Shown here piece after piece: positions 1 to 8,700 of a stretch of 42,966 bases of DNA. Each line of letters starts with the position of its first letter. Positions within the stretch are counted from its first letter, which is position 1. The stretch is from a virus. The position numbers were made by a program, and so were the translations under genes. Below the pieces are notes generated by a model. That model was not told the origin of the DNA. It searched no databases and saw only the letters and a program-made list of their open reading frames with translations. The stretch lies in the IMG/VR virus record IMGVR_UViG_3300045988_093752. One strand, given 5' to 3'.

Positions 1-55
1 CTATTTATGCTTTATATAAAGTATATTTTACTTAATCCGTAAATTTTTCGTAGAA
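1..55. repeat. Terminal direct repeat, copy 1 (identical to 42912-42966)
   Basis: Read directly: ctatttatgctttatataaagtatattttacttaatccgtaaatttttcgtagaa occurs at both window ends, 55/55 identical, same orientation. Confidence 0.95.
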
Positions 56-77
56 AGATAATGCATTTATAGCATTA

Positions 78-96
78 ATTTATGCTTAAAATATAG
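78..96 (+). repeat. Direct repeat of 3-21 (ATTTATGCTT plus A/T tail); candidate integrase arm-type site
   Basis: atttatgcttaaaatatag vs atttatgctttatataaag at 3-21: first 10 nt identical, 16/19 overall. Lies in the non-coding lysin-to-int region. Confidence 0.4.
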
Positions 97-156
97 GCAT
101 ATGCTCCATGGAAATAAATGAATTTTAATATAATCCATTCTTTTTAAGATGTATTC

Positions 157-175
157 AAGATATAAACGATATCTT
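157..175. repeat. Palindrome AAGATAT-aaacg-ATATCTT; its 12-mer AAGATATAAACG recurs at 42888-42899 beside int
   Basis: Exact 12/12 match between 157-168 and 42888-42899. 7-bp inverted arms at 157-163 and 169-175. Confidence 0.55.
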
Positions 176-303
176 AATTTTTGAAGAATTTTCCAAAGTT
201 AAACCCATCAGCATTTAGCCTCATAAAAAAAAGCACTATTTTGGAAACTACTACGAAATTGATTTGGATTAAGGCCTATTGGATTGATCTTTTTCTTTTG
301 CGC

Positions 304-334
304 ATAAAAAAGAACCTACGCATTACACGTAGGC
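304..334 (-). terminator. Rho-independent terminator after the lysis cassette
   Basis: Minus strand reads cctacg-tgtaatg-cgtagg followed by ttctttttt; located downstream of the endolysin stop. Confidence 0.6.
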
Positions 335-477
335 TCAATAGTCAATAAATAATAGTTGAACGTTTTTTTTGTGTCAAAAATTTATAATATGACACATTTT
401 ACGACATATAAATGCCGATTTTGTACATTTTGTACGTTTTTGAATCTTTTCGCGTTGTATTTTGCTACGTATTGATT

Positions 478-1335
478 CTATTCAATCTCTGTCAATGGAC
501 CGGCTTTAACCCATACACCATTGATTCTGACGGTATCAGTTTGTAAATTAACCGCATCAACGCGTACACGATCAACATATACTACAGCATCCGTTGTATG
601 TAATACTTGGTCATTGTATCCATCTGAACCAGGAACCTTTGATACCATTGAGCATGGAAACCATCCACCTAATTGTTCTAGGTAGCAACATAAATCATCG
701 TTGATTTTCTTTAAGCCGACATTGCCAATTTTCATTTTGATTGAAGTTACCCAAGAACCTACATGAAGAATCTGATCAATAGCTTCTTTTGGTGCAGGCG
801 CAGGTGTACTTGGTACTGGCTTACCATCAAGTTTAGCATTTACTTCTTGAGCTAACTGATTCATTTTGCTATGTAAATAAGGCCCTGGACAAGATGTAGC
901 TGCGAACATTCTATGTTCTGTTAAGCTACCATTCGCATTACCAGTATAGCTTAATCTGAATCCGTATCGTTTACATACATCAACACATAGATTTACCAAT
1001 GCATTCCATGCTTTATCTGATACAGTCCAATTTGGAGCACAAGTTTCATTTGCAACCTCTACAGTAATAGCTTGACAATCGTTATAGTAATTCGATGAAG
1101 TCCATGCACGATTCTCTTCGTCAACATTCGCAACAATAGTACCATCTGAACCAATACAATAGTTAGCACTAGCCATTCGTCCACTTACTTGGAATGATTG
1201 AGCACATCTTTCTGCGGTCCATTGACAAGCCATGTGATGTACTGTAATTTTACAAACTTTAAAGCCGCCACGACCACGAGTGTAGTTGCTAGCAATTGCA
1301 GGAATATATTTATTCGCTAATTTAGAATATGACAT
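478..1335 (-). CDS. Endolysin: N-acetylmuramoyl-L-alanine amidase (Amidase_2/PGRP type) with C-terminal cell-wall-binding region
   Basis: Motifs KITVHHMA, SANYCIGSDG, AWTSSNYYND and AITVEVANE are typical of family-2 amidases. Last gene of the late operon, next to the holin. Confidence 0.85.
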   Translation of the reverse strand: MSYSKLANKYIPAIASNYTRGRGGFKVCKITVHHMACQWTAERCAQSFQVSGRMASANYCIGSDGTIVANVDEENRAWTSSNYYNDCQAITVEVANETCAPNWTVSDKAWNALVNLCVDVCKRYGFRLSYTGNANGSLTEHRMFAATSCPGPYLHSKMNQLAQEVNAKLDGKPVPSTPAPAPKEAIDQILHVGSWVTSIKMKIGNVGLKKINDDLCCYLEQLGGWFPCSMVSKVPGSDGYNDQVLHTTDAVVYVDRVRVDAVNLQTDTVRINGVWVKAGPLTEIE

Positions 1336-1418
1336 TAATCTTCACCTTCTTCTTTTCCATTTGATAACTCTGATTGAGCTTCTTCTGATAGTTCTTCAAA
1401 CTTCAATTCTTCATCCAT
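1335..1418 (-). CDS. Small acidic peptide (27 aa), hypothetical
   Basis: Not in the ORF track (<60 aa). AGGAGG lies 9 nt upstream of the ATG; stop overlaps the endolysin start (TAATG). Sequence MDEELKFEELSEEAQSELSNGKEEGED. Confidence 0.3.
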   Translation of the reverse strand: MDEELKFEELSEEAQSELSNGKEEGED

Positions 1419-1431
1419 AGACTTATACCTC

Positions 1432-1836
1432 CTAATTTTTCTCAACTAAATAATCTTGTATCTCTTTCCGAGTGGTCTTTAAGCTTTCTTTGTCACCATC
1501 CGACAACATTCCATCAAGAATAGCCATGTTTGCCTTTAACATCAGATCGCCTCGCTTCTTGTCCTCTTCCAACCGACCATCATGATCTGATAGAATGCGA
1601 GTATGTTCTTCTAATTTGCGATTGATACCTTCCTGATTCAAGGTTATCTTTTCAAGCGAATTCAATCGTTCGTTATCTCGATGCAATAATTCTGTATGTC
1701 TCTTCACCGTTTCTTTAAGATCATCACTCGGCTTTTTTAATTCTTTAACAATCTTCACAACACCCCAAATGGATGCTATGAATCCACAAATCCATACAAT
1801 TTGTTGGCTTGTAATTACAAAATCCATGCAAGCCAC
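1432..1836 (-). CDS. Membrane-anchored coiled-coil protein of the lysis cassette (function unknown)
   Basis: N-terminal hydrophobic helix VWICGFIASIWGVVKIV followed by a charged heptad-like region. Sits between holin and endolysin. Confidence 0.5.
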   Translation of the reverse strand: MACMDFVITSQQIVWICGFIASIWGVVKIVKELKKPSDDLKETVKRHTELLHRDNERLNSLEKITLNQEGINRKLEEHTRILSDHDGRLEEDKKRGDLMLKANMAILDGMLSDGDKESLKTTRKEIQDYLVEKN

Positions 1837-1841
1837 CTATT

Positions 1842-2111
1842 CTATTTTTCTTCTGTTTTGCCTTCAATAAAACGTGTGAAAGCTTGATGCATTCCAGTAC
1901 TAGCTAAACCCATCAAAGCGCCATACACTGCATTCTCGATTGACAAACCACTTACTGCTAAGTTTAGTACTAATCCAACAAATGCAAGCACTGTAGGAAT
2001 GTATTTATTTGGGAAACTTTCAAACGAAGTCTTTAAAATGTAGCCAACAATCAAGCAAGCCACAACAACAGCCAAAACAAAATATTTACTCAATTCTGCA
2101 AAATCAATCAT
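1842..2111 (-). CDS. Holin (putative)
   Basis: 89 aa with 2-3 hydrophobic helices (YFVLAVVVACLIVGYIL, IPTVLAFVGLVLNLAVSGL, VYGALMGLASTGM) and a charged C-terminus EGKTEEK. Upstream of the endolysin. Confidence 0.65.
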   Translation of the reverse strand: MIDFAELSKYFVLAVVVACLIVGYILKTSFESFPNKYIPTVLAFVGLVLNLAVSGLSIENAVYGALMGLASTGMHQAFTRFIEGKTEEK

Positions 2112-2123
2112 CTTTTATTCCTC

Positions 2124-2372
2124 CTATAATTTAGTTACATTCAACATCACATAACCATCTTTGAATCCATCATTAGTCGTGATGCTTCTAATTTGTGTCA
2201 TTCTAAACAAACCTGTATCTGTTTCTTTTCCTTCGTCTAACGATACTTGTTTAAATAACACATAGTCTTGTTCATTGATTTGTTTATCCGTCAAATCAAG
2301 AATGATAAAGTCGTGTTCTTGGAAAAAATTCCATAATTTAGTATTTAAATTGATTTCATGTGTTTTAACCAT
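2124..2372 (-). CDS. Small DUF3850/ASCH-like protein (tentative)
   Basis: 82 aa; the pattern THEINL...DFIILD...DYVLFKQ...TGLFRMTQI...GYVMLNV resembles DUF3850. By-eye assignment only. Confidence 0.4.
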   Translation of the reverse strand: MVKTHEINLNTKLWNFFQEHDFIILDLTDKQINEQDYVLFKQVSLDEGKETDTGLFRMTQIRSITTNDGFKDGYVMLNVTKL

Positions 2373-2414
2373 ATAAAATCCTCCTATTAATATAAAAAAG
2401 CGAGGTAAACAAAA

Positions 2415-3308
2415 ATGCTATATTCTGACAAATTAACATCCTGGTTAAAGGAAAAGAAAATCTATCTAAAATACAGCACTTACACAAATTATTGTAATGT
2501 GATCCACAATCATATATTACCATCACTTGGCAATTACCAGATTGAAGAGCTGAACAACGATATTCTGCAGGAGTATATTCTTCAAAAACTTGAAAATGGT
2601 CGCAAAGACGGAAAAAGCGGTATTTCTTTTAAATACGCAAAAGACATTATTCAAATTCTTAAATTTACACTTCCGTTCAAAGTCGATATTCAACTTCCCT
2701 ATCATCCACCTAAGGCGGTTGAGATTTTTGAAAAAGAACATCAAATAACATTAATTAATCACCTCCAATCTGAAATAAATCACAAGAACTTTGGAATACT
2801 TTTATGCATCCATACAGGAATCCGTATCGGTGAGCTATGCGCTCTTAAATGGTCTGATATAAACACTCAAACCAAGCTATTAAACATAAGCAAAACTATG
2901 ATACGTACATACACAAAAGAAGATGGTAGTCACTTGTATGTGACCCCACCTAAATCACGCTCTAGCACCAGAATGATTCCATTGAATAATTGGATAATGC
3001 ACTACGCAATCCTTCTACAAGGTGATGCAGATAACTATGTATTAACGAATCGAGATAAGCCAATAGAGCCTAATAAATATAGACTTTACTATAATAGAGT
3101 TTTAAAAGAACTTGACCTACCACACCTTAAATTCCATGCACTTCGTCATACATTCGCAACGAGATGTATTGAATGTGGATGTGATTACAAATCATTGAGC
3201 GAATTACTCGGCCACTCCAACGTATCAATCACAATGAACATCTACGTGCATCCTCAAATGGAGTTAAAACGTAAATGTGTTGAATTGCTTTGTGATTACT
3301 ATAAATGA
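2415..3308 (+). CDS. Tyrosine site-specific recombinase (Xer/Rci-like), candidate tail-fibre invertase
   Basis: Catalytic signature GIRIGE (Arg), HALRHTFATR (HxxR) and LLGHSNVSITMNIYVH (His/Tyr). 297 aa, RBS GAGGT. One of only a few plus-strand genes, 24 bp upstream of fibre cassette 1. Confidence 0.85.
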   Translation: MLYSDKLTSWLKEKKIYLKYSTYTNYCNVIHNHILPSLGNYQIEELNNDILQEYILQKLENGRKDGKSGISFKYAKDIIQILKFTLPFKVDIQLPYHPPKAVEIFEKEHQITLINHLQSEINHKNFGILLCIHTGIRIGELCALKWSDINTQTKLLNISKTMIRTYTKEDGSHLYVTPPKSRSSTRMIPLNNWIMHYAILLQGDADNYVLTNRDKPIEPNKYRLYYNRVLKELDLPHLKFHALRHTFATRCIECGCDYKSLSELLGHSNVSITMNIYVHPQMELKRKCVELLCDYYK

Positions 3309-3330
3309 CCATATACCAATAGATGTAAAT

Positions 3331-3343
3331 GTATGTCCTTTGA
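3331..3343 (+). repeat. Putative crossover site 1: GTATGTCCTTTGA
   Basis: Matches the reverse complement of 4186-4198 at 11/13 positions and 3618-3630 at 10/13. Contains the ATG that opens cassette 1. Confidence 0.7.
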
Positions 3344-3617
3344 TACTTACACTGTAGGAGGTGAGTACCGGCATAAACTGACAATTGATGAATTACCATC
3401 TCATGCCCATAAGCCTCACGATTGGGATGTCATCACTGCTCAAGGTGGTAATACCGGATATTACAACATGACATATCTAAGTGATCGAACCGGAGTATTT
3501 AATCCTTTCACTTATGATTATGACAAAGATAGATATGGTTCATATGTCGGTAATAATGAGCCTCACTACAATGTACCTCCATACGTTGTCACATACTTTT
3601 GGCGTAGAATCGCATAG
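3333..3617 (+). CDS. Silent alternative tail-fibre C-terminal cassette 1 (tail-collar-type tip)
   Basis: MSFDTYTVGGEYRHKLTIDELPSHAHKP...PHYNVPPYVVTYFWRRIA parallels the last 94 aa of the fibre. No Shine-Dalgarno upstream; opposite strand to the fibre. Confidence 0.75.
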   Translation: MSFDTYTVGGEYRHKLTIDELPSHAHKPHDWDVITAQGGNTGYYNMTYLSDRTGVFNPFTYDYDKDRYGSYVGNNEPHYNVPPYVVTYFWRRIA

Positions 3618-3630
3618 GTATGTCATTTAC
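3618..3630 (+). repeat. Putative crossover site 2: GTATGTCATTTAC
   Basis: 12/13 match to the reverse complement of 4186-4198. Contains the ATG that opens cassette 2. Confidence 0.7.
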
Positions 3631-3919
3631 AACCTTTGGAGCAGGTGGCGAGTACAATCACAAATTGGACTGTTACGAGATGCCAAACCACTCACATAAC
3701 GAATATGCAATGATTGAAGGATATAGCGAATGGGATAGCTTTACCCCTATTCCCTATTCAATGTTGTTTAATTGGGGAAAAGGAGAATATCGTGACAGTG
3801 GAACATATCATGCTGCTAGAGTACCGTTAAACTCTGTCACTTCAGATGAAGGAGGAAGCCGAAGCCACAACAACATTCAACCTTATATCGTTGTTTATTT
3901 CTGGAGAAGAATTAACTAA
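3620..3919 (+). CDS. Silent alternative tail-fibre C-terminal cassette 2 (tail-collar-type tip)
   Basis: MSFTTFGAGGEYNHKLDCYEMPNHSHNE...SHNNIQPYIVVYFWRRIN. No Shine-Dalgarno. Its stop overlaps the fibre stop convergently (8-bp overlap, 3912-3919). Confidence 0.75.
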   Translation: MSFTTFGAGGEYNHKLDCYEMPNHSHNEYAMIEGYSEWDSFTPIPYSMLFNWGKGEYRDSGTYHAARVPLNSVTSDEGGSRSHNNIQPYIVVYFWRRIN

Positions 3920-5786
3920 TACGTTTCCAAAAATATACAGTAATGTATGGTTGTATATTATTATGCGATTTCCCACTTCCAACGTAGCCGGTTGGTTGTG
4001 GAACTGTAGACGAGCGCCCCCACGTTAAATTTGGTATTTTATATCCACCTTCATTTTTGTCTGTAAACGAACCGATTTCTCTTGTACTTCCATTGCCCAA
4101 GAAATATAAAGCTTCGGTATGATTGTGTTTTGGCATTTCAGCAATTTCTAAACTATGTACATATTCGCCACCATTAGAATTAGACGTAAAGGACATACTT
4201 GTACTACCATCATTTCCGGTCCCTTCACCAACCAAAGTTCGACCTTGCCCAAAGCGCTCCCAAGTGCCTCCTAAGAAGTTACCTGGATTGTTGTTGCCAT
4301 ATGTAATATAAACTGCACCAACTGGGAATATCTTATTCAAGAACACAGGAGCTACAATATCGCCTAATATAGTTAACGTGTCTTTTTGATTAGCATCTTG
4401 ACCGAAGAAAGTTAATGATCGTCCGTCTTTTCCAAAGTTAATTAAAGTGTAAGTTGGAGTTACAGTAAATATATTCCATGAATAATCATTCATGAATTTA
4501 TCCTTAACACCGAACGCAACCTCATAAGTAGCCGTTGTTGAAGTAAATAAATTACCTGCCTTGTAGTCTTGTTCAAGAGTATAGTTGTTATCCCATGAGT
4601 TTATTTTCGTCCACGAACTAGCACCACTTACTCGATATTGAATATAGAATGATGTAACATTCTTACCACTCAAACTTGTAAAGCCAACTTTGAAGTGTAA
4701 CAACGCATATGTTCCACTTGCTTCATCAATCACATAACTAGAATTAGCACGTTTAGCACTGATGTTGGTCATGCTTGGACTAGAATACGGAACTACTGCA
4801 ACCGAACCACTTTTAGAAGCAGTTCTACCACGTGAGTCTGTAACTGTTGTTGTATAGTTGATTGTTCCACTTGCATAGATTGTTGAAGTGGTAAAGTTGC
4901 TACCAATGTAATCTGCCGAATTGAACCGAGTTGATATAGACGAGATACTTGAACCTTGACTACCACTAGCACTAATTGCAAACTTTAATGCCGATTGACT
5001 CTGTACGATTTGTCCAATTCCTGCACAAATTGAATTTGTATCTGAAATTGAGATTGTACCAATACTAGGAACAACACCACTTCTAACTTTGATAGTCGCA
5101 TTTACCGACTTAGAACCAACGGATGTTGAACCACTGAATGTTTCTAAAGTAAATGTTGCGATACCACTTGTTGAGTTTGGTAAGTTCTTTTCCCAATCTG
5201 TAGGAATGGTATAAGAAAAGCTAGGGGATGTTGTTCCACTAGCTATTGTTCCTAAATATGTCGTTGTTCCGTTCCATGTTACATAAACTTTATGCGAGAA
5301 GTTACTTGATGCACTTGTACCACTGATTGTGATTGTATTACCACAATCTAAACTTGGCTTATTTATTGATGGTGTTGTTGCTCTTGGTATAGTTGTTAAA
5401 TTAACCGTTCCACTACAACTACCACTTCGAGGTGAGTAATATTGCGTGTTGCTACAACTAAATGATGCACTAACACTGATTGATTTAGAACCATCTGCAT
5501 TATGTGTAACTGTTATGTAACCATCCTTTACACCTAAAGTTTGTCCTTTCCCACAAGTAAGTGTGAAGTCCTTGTCAAGAACTGTTGTTCCATTTACAAC
5601 AACTTTGAAATGTTGCGGAACACTATTAAATGAATGATATTGTGTGTTAGAACGAATGCCAACCCACCAATAAACACGAGAAGTATTGTTTTCGATTGAG
5701 TAAGAATCTTCCCAACATTTTAGTATAAGAGAATATTTATTCTCATCACCTGCCGTGATTCGTATACTGCCACTAAATTCTGCCAT
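3912..5786 (-). CDS. Tail fibre / receptor-binding protein with C-terminal phage-tail-collar-type domain
   Basis: 624 aa, Ser/Thr/Gly-rich beta-type body. C-terminus PVGAVYITYG...GGTWERFGQGRTLVG...GGEYVHSLEIAEMPKHNHTE...SHNNIQPYITVYFWKRIS fits the collar (MdpB-like) pattern. Directly follows Tal. Confidence 0.8.
   Translation of the reverse strand: MAEFSGSIRITAGDENKYSLILKCWEDSYSIENNTSRVYWWVGIRSNTQYHSFNSVPQHFKVVVNGTTVLDKDFTLTCGKGQTLGVKDGYITVTHNADGSKSISVSASFSCSNTQYYSPRSGSCSGTVNLTTIPRATTPSINKPSLDCGNTITISGTSASSNFSHKVYVTWNGTTTYLGTIASGTTSPSFSYTIPTDWEKNLPNSTSGIATFTLETFSGSTSVGSKSVNATIKVRSGVVPSIGTISISDTNSICAGIGQIVQSQSALKFAISASGSQGSSISSISTRFNSADYIGSNFTTSTIYASGTINYTTTVTDSRGRTASKSGSVAVVPYSSPSMTNISAKRANSSYVIDEASGTYALLHFKVGFTSLSGKNVTSFYIQYRVSGASSWTKINSWDNNYTLEQDYKAGNLFTSTTATYEVAFGVKDKFMNDYSWNIFTVTPTYTLINFGKDGRSLTFFGQDANQKDTLTILGDIVAPVFLNKIFPVGAVYITYGNNNPGNFLGGTWERFGQGRTLVGEGTGNDGSTSMSFTSNSNGGEYVHSLEIAEMPKHNHTEALYFLGNGSTREIGSFTDKNEGGYKIPNLTWGRSSTVPQPTGYVGSGKSHNNIQPYITVYFWKRIS
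4186..4198 (-). repeat. Putative crossover site in the fibre gene: GTATGTCCTTTAC on the minus strand
   Basis: Plus strand reads gtaaaggacatac. Covers the fibre codons S-M-S-F. Inverted relative to the sites at 3331 and 3618. Confidence 0.7.
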
Positions 5787-5790
5787 TCAA

Positions 5791-8700
5791 TCACCCTACT
5801 TTCTTGAAGTCCAATGAACCATTTGCTCTTGGCACGAATCCAAATGCACCAACTTTTAAAGACTGCGTAAATTGACCGTCTGTAATGTACATTGTTTGAT
5901 CGTTTATATATGTTACCTTTGCACCATTCTTTTGAATCGACCATTCTTGGTTTGTAATCTTAGTTTTAAATGCACTGTCTGATTTACCTAAAGTTAATCC
6001 ATCATTATTAAAGCTCATGTAATTATTTACGTTGTCTGTGGTTTGCTTCAAGCCATCTAATCTTCCATTTACACTATTAATCTGACCGTTTAATTCGTTC
6101 TTTGCATCTGAAACATTCTGACTGATTTCCCATTTGAACTCACTCTTCGTCTGAGTAAACTGACTTGATACAGTATTTTGATAATGCTCAAATGCCGAAT
6201 TTGATACATAAGTTTCAGAAACCTTTGAAGTAATTTCATTTGCCTTAGTTTCAATTGCAGACTGTCGCTCAGTACGTTCAGTGTTTATTGCTTCATCTAC
6301 ATCTTCTGGAGCAGGAGTCCAGTCTGTTGCTTTGTTACCTTTTTCAAGTTTGAAATTACTCAAGATGATATTTGATGCAGTAGATGGCCGTCCTGTAAGA
6401 TCATCAATAATAAACTCCGTCCCTGGCAATATATCATTATTCGGGGTTCCAGTAGCATAACATCGTCCATTCTTATTTATGTATAATTGCCATGTCGCAT
6501 TTTGAACAGTTACTCCAAAAGACCAATTGCATCCACTCGGTACATTCGAAGCATCACATGATATAGTGTATATCTCTCCTTTAATTAGCTTTTGATATGC
6601 TTTCAAGTAGAAATATGTATCATCTACTCCTGTACCAACCTTTATTGATAAATCATCTATTTTGGTTATCTGGCCACCAGCTCGTATATATTGCATTAAT
6701 AAATTACGCCCACCAATTTGTAAGTTATCAATCTTATTACTAGTTTCAGTAATCGAAGTAGCTTGTAATTTAATCGCATTTGCATTTTGTTCAATTTTAG
6801 TTGTATTTGAAGAAACTTTGTTTGTTAGTTCTGCGAGTTCTTTCTGAGCTTGTTCTGCTTTAGCTTTTGCATCATCCGCCACTCCTTGAGCTGTCTTTGC
6901 ATTGCTGATTGCCGTAGTTGCGTTGCCTTGAGCCTTAGTTGCATCAGATTGAGCTTTCTCCACTGCAGTTTCTGCGTTTGTTAAACGAGTTTGAGCTTTT
7001 GTGATTTCGCTCTCAGTCGCATCAACTCTACCAGTCACTGATTCTAGATTAGCTTTTGCATCCGCTAATTCCTTGTTAGCATTGTCTAAATTTAATTGAG
7101 CACTGTCTGCCTTTTGTTTAGCTTCATCTGCTAATGACTGAGCACTCTGTGCATTTGTAATTGCTTGACTAGCAGTTGATTGTGCTTGCGTTGCCTTTTT
7201 TGTTGCTTCAGTAATATCTAACTGAGCTTGAGTTGTATCTGATTGCAATCTTTCAATTGAACTTGCTTGAGTTGATATTGTATCTGCAGTTTGTTGAAAC
7301 TTCGTGTTCATACTTCCTTCAAGTGTTGTTAAATCACTCTTAGAAGCATAATTTTGAGAAACTGTAGTCGACAGTTCACCGACTTTCTCTTCGATTTCAG
7401 TTGTTACCTCTGCATGAATAGATTTTGATTCAGTAGTTAAATCAACTTTTGTAGCATACGTTTCTTTTACAGTAGCAATTTCTCCTGCATTGGCATTTGC
7501 CTTATCAACTGCATCTTGAATCTGTTGCTTTGAATCATTGATATCCCCTTTAATCGCATCAATCTGTTTCTGAGCGTTACCAGTACTAGTATTTGCTTCT
7601 TGTGCTAGTTGCTTAGCTTCACTTGATTGAGTGTTAGCAGTATTAGCTAATTCATTCGCTTTTGTTGCATCTGCCTGAGCTTGTGTTGCCTTATCAACTG
7701 CTTCTTTTGATTGAGTATTTGCTACTGATACTTGAGTGTGAATCTCACCAATCTTTGCATCAATTTCATTCCATGTGTTATCAAAAATAGCTTTCGTATA
7801 TTTGATTTCACTCGGATTAGCATACGTACACTTCCAACGTTTCCATAGGAACTTATCACTTTGATAAACCACATTACCAACGAACCATTCACCACCGATT
7901 AATTCGGTTTGAGATGTAGAATAATAGAATTGTTCCTCGGCACTCACAAATGACTGACCATCTTCACCTTTGATTGCACTCCATCTGTACTTAGTTGGGT
8001 CTTCAGAACCATACTGCTTTGAATCAGAATACTGACCAATAAATTTACGATTTGAATCTGTCAAACTAAAATCAACTCGCCCATCTGAACTATTGGCATA
8101 GGCAATATGTACATATGCGCTTGTTCCATTCTGACCGTCTTGTAGTCGCATTACAGTGACTTCTGCAGTGGCTTTTAGTATTTCACCGCTCATCGCTTTA
8201 AATCGGTATACAGCCTTTTCTGTGAAGTCTGAAGCATTGACTGTGATTGTTTGGCTTGTTGATATTTGCTCATCATCCTTGAACCATGTAATTGAATACT
8301 TAGATGTAATATCAACCCCAGCATCCTTTACCAATGCAGTCAATTTAGTGCTATCTGAATCATTTTTAAAAAGAACCCCATTTGAAGATACAATCGAGCC
8401 TTCATAAACTTTCTTTAACTCAATCATCTTGTTCATTTCACTGATCAGAGCTGAACTTATCTGTGATTGCTTTTCTTCAAAGTTATCAAAGATTGTCTTG
8501 CACTTCTCGGAATCCGTAAAGCAAATCTCCTGTTCTGTAATTCGTGCTTCTAAATATAAAGTAGGACTATACTCCGCATCTTCGATTGTAAATGTATCAC
8601 CGATATCTGCATCAATATATGCATCCACATCATATGTAACTTTAGGAACACAATTCTTTTTTAATTCTGCTAAAGCTTGTCCATATAATACCTCTACATT

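Noticed and set aside
1-55. Terminal repeat as IS/transposon ends or LTR
   Set aside because: The copies are direct, not inverted. No transposase is present, and the intervening DNA is a complete phage genome.
2523-2744. 73-aa minus-strand ORF inside the recombinase gene
   Set aside because: Antisense to a gene with an intact catalytic signature. The peptide is AT-rich and Lys/Phe/Asn-rich, with no RBS.
2415-3308. Gin/Cin/Hin-type serine invertase
   Set aside because: The adjacent recombinase has the R-HxxR-H-Y tyrosine-recombinase signature. No resolvase/invertase-type ORF with an N-terminal catalytic Ser is present.
3481-4028. Alternative-frame plus-strand ORFs 3481-3699 and 3846-4028 over the cassettes
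   Set aside because: They are out of frame with the conserved fibre-tip motifs and have no RBS. They span the cassette boundaries and are best explained as chance ORFs.
3333-5786. Diversity-generating retroelement as the source of fibre-tip variation
   Set aside because: No reverse transcriptase ORF exists anywhere in the window. The cassettes differ throughout rather than only at adenine-templated positions, and there is no template/variable repeat pair.
6720-7760. Apparent DNA repetitiveness in the Tal gene
   Set aside because: It reflects Ala/Gln/Thr-rich coiled-coil coding (GCT/GCA/CAA-type codons), not a discrete tandem DNA repeat.
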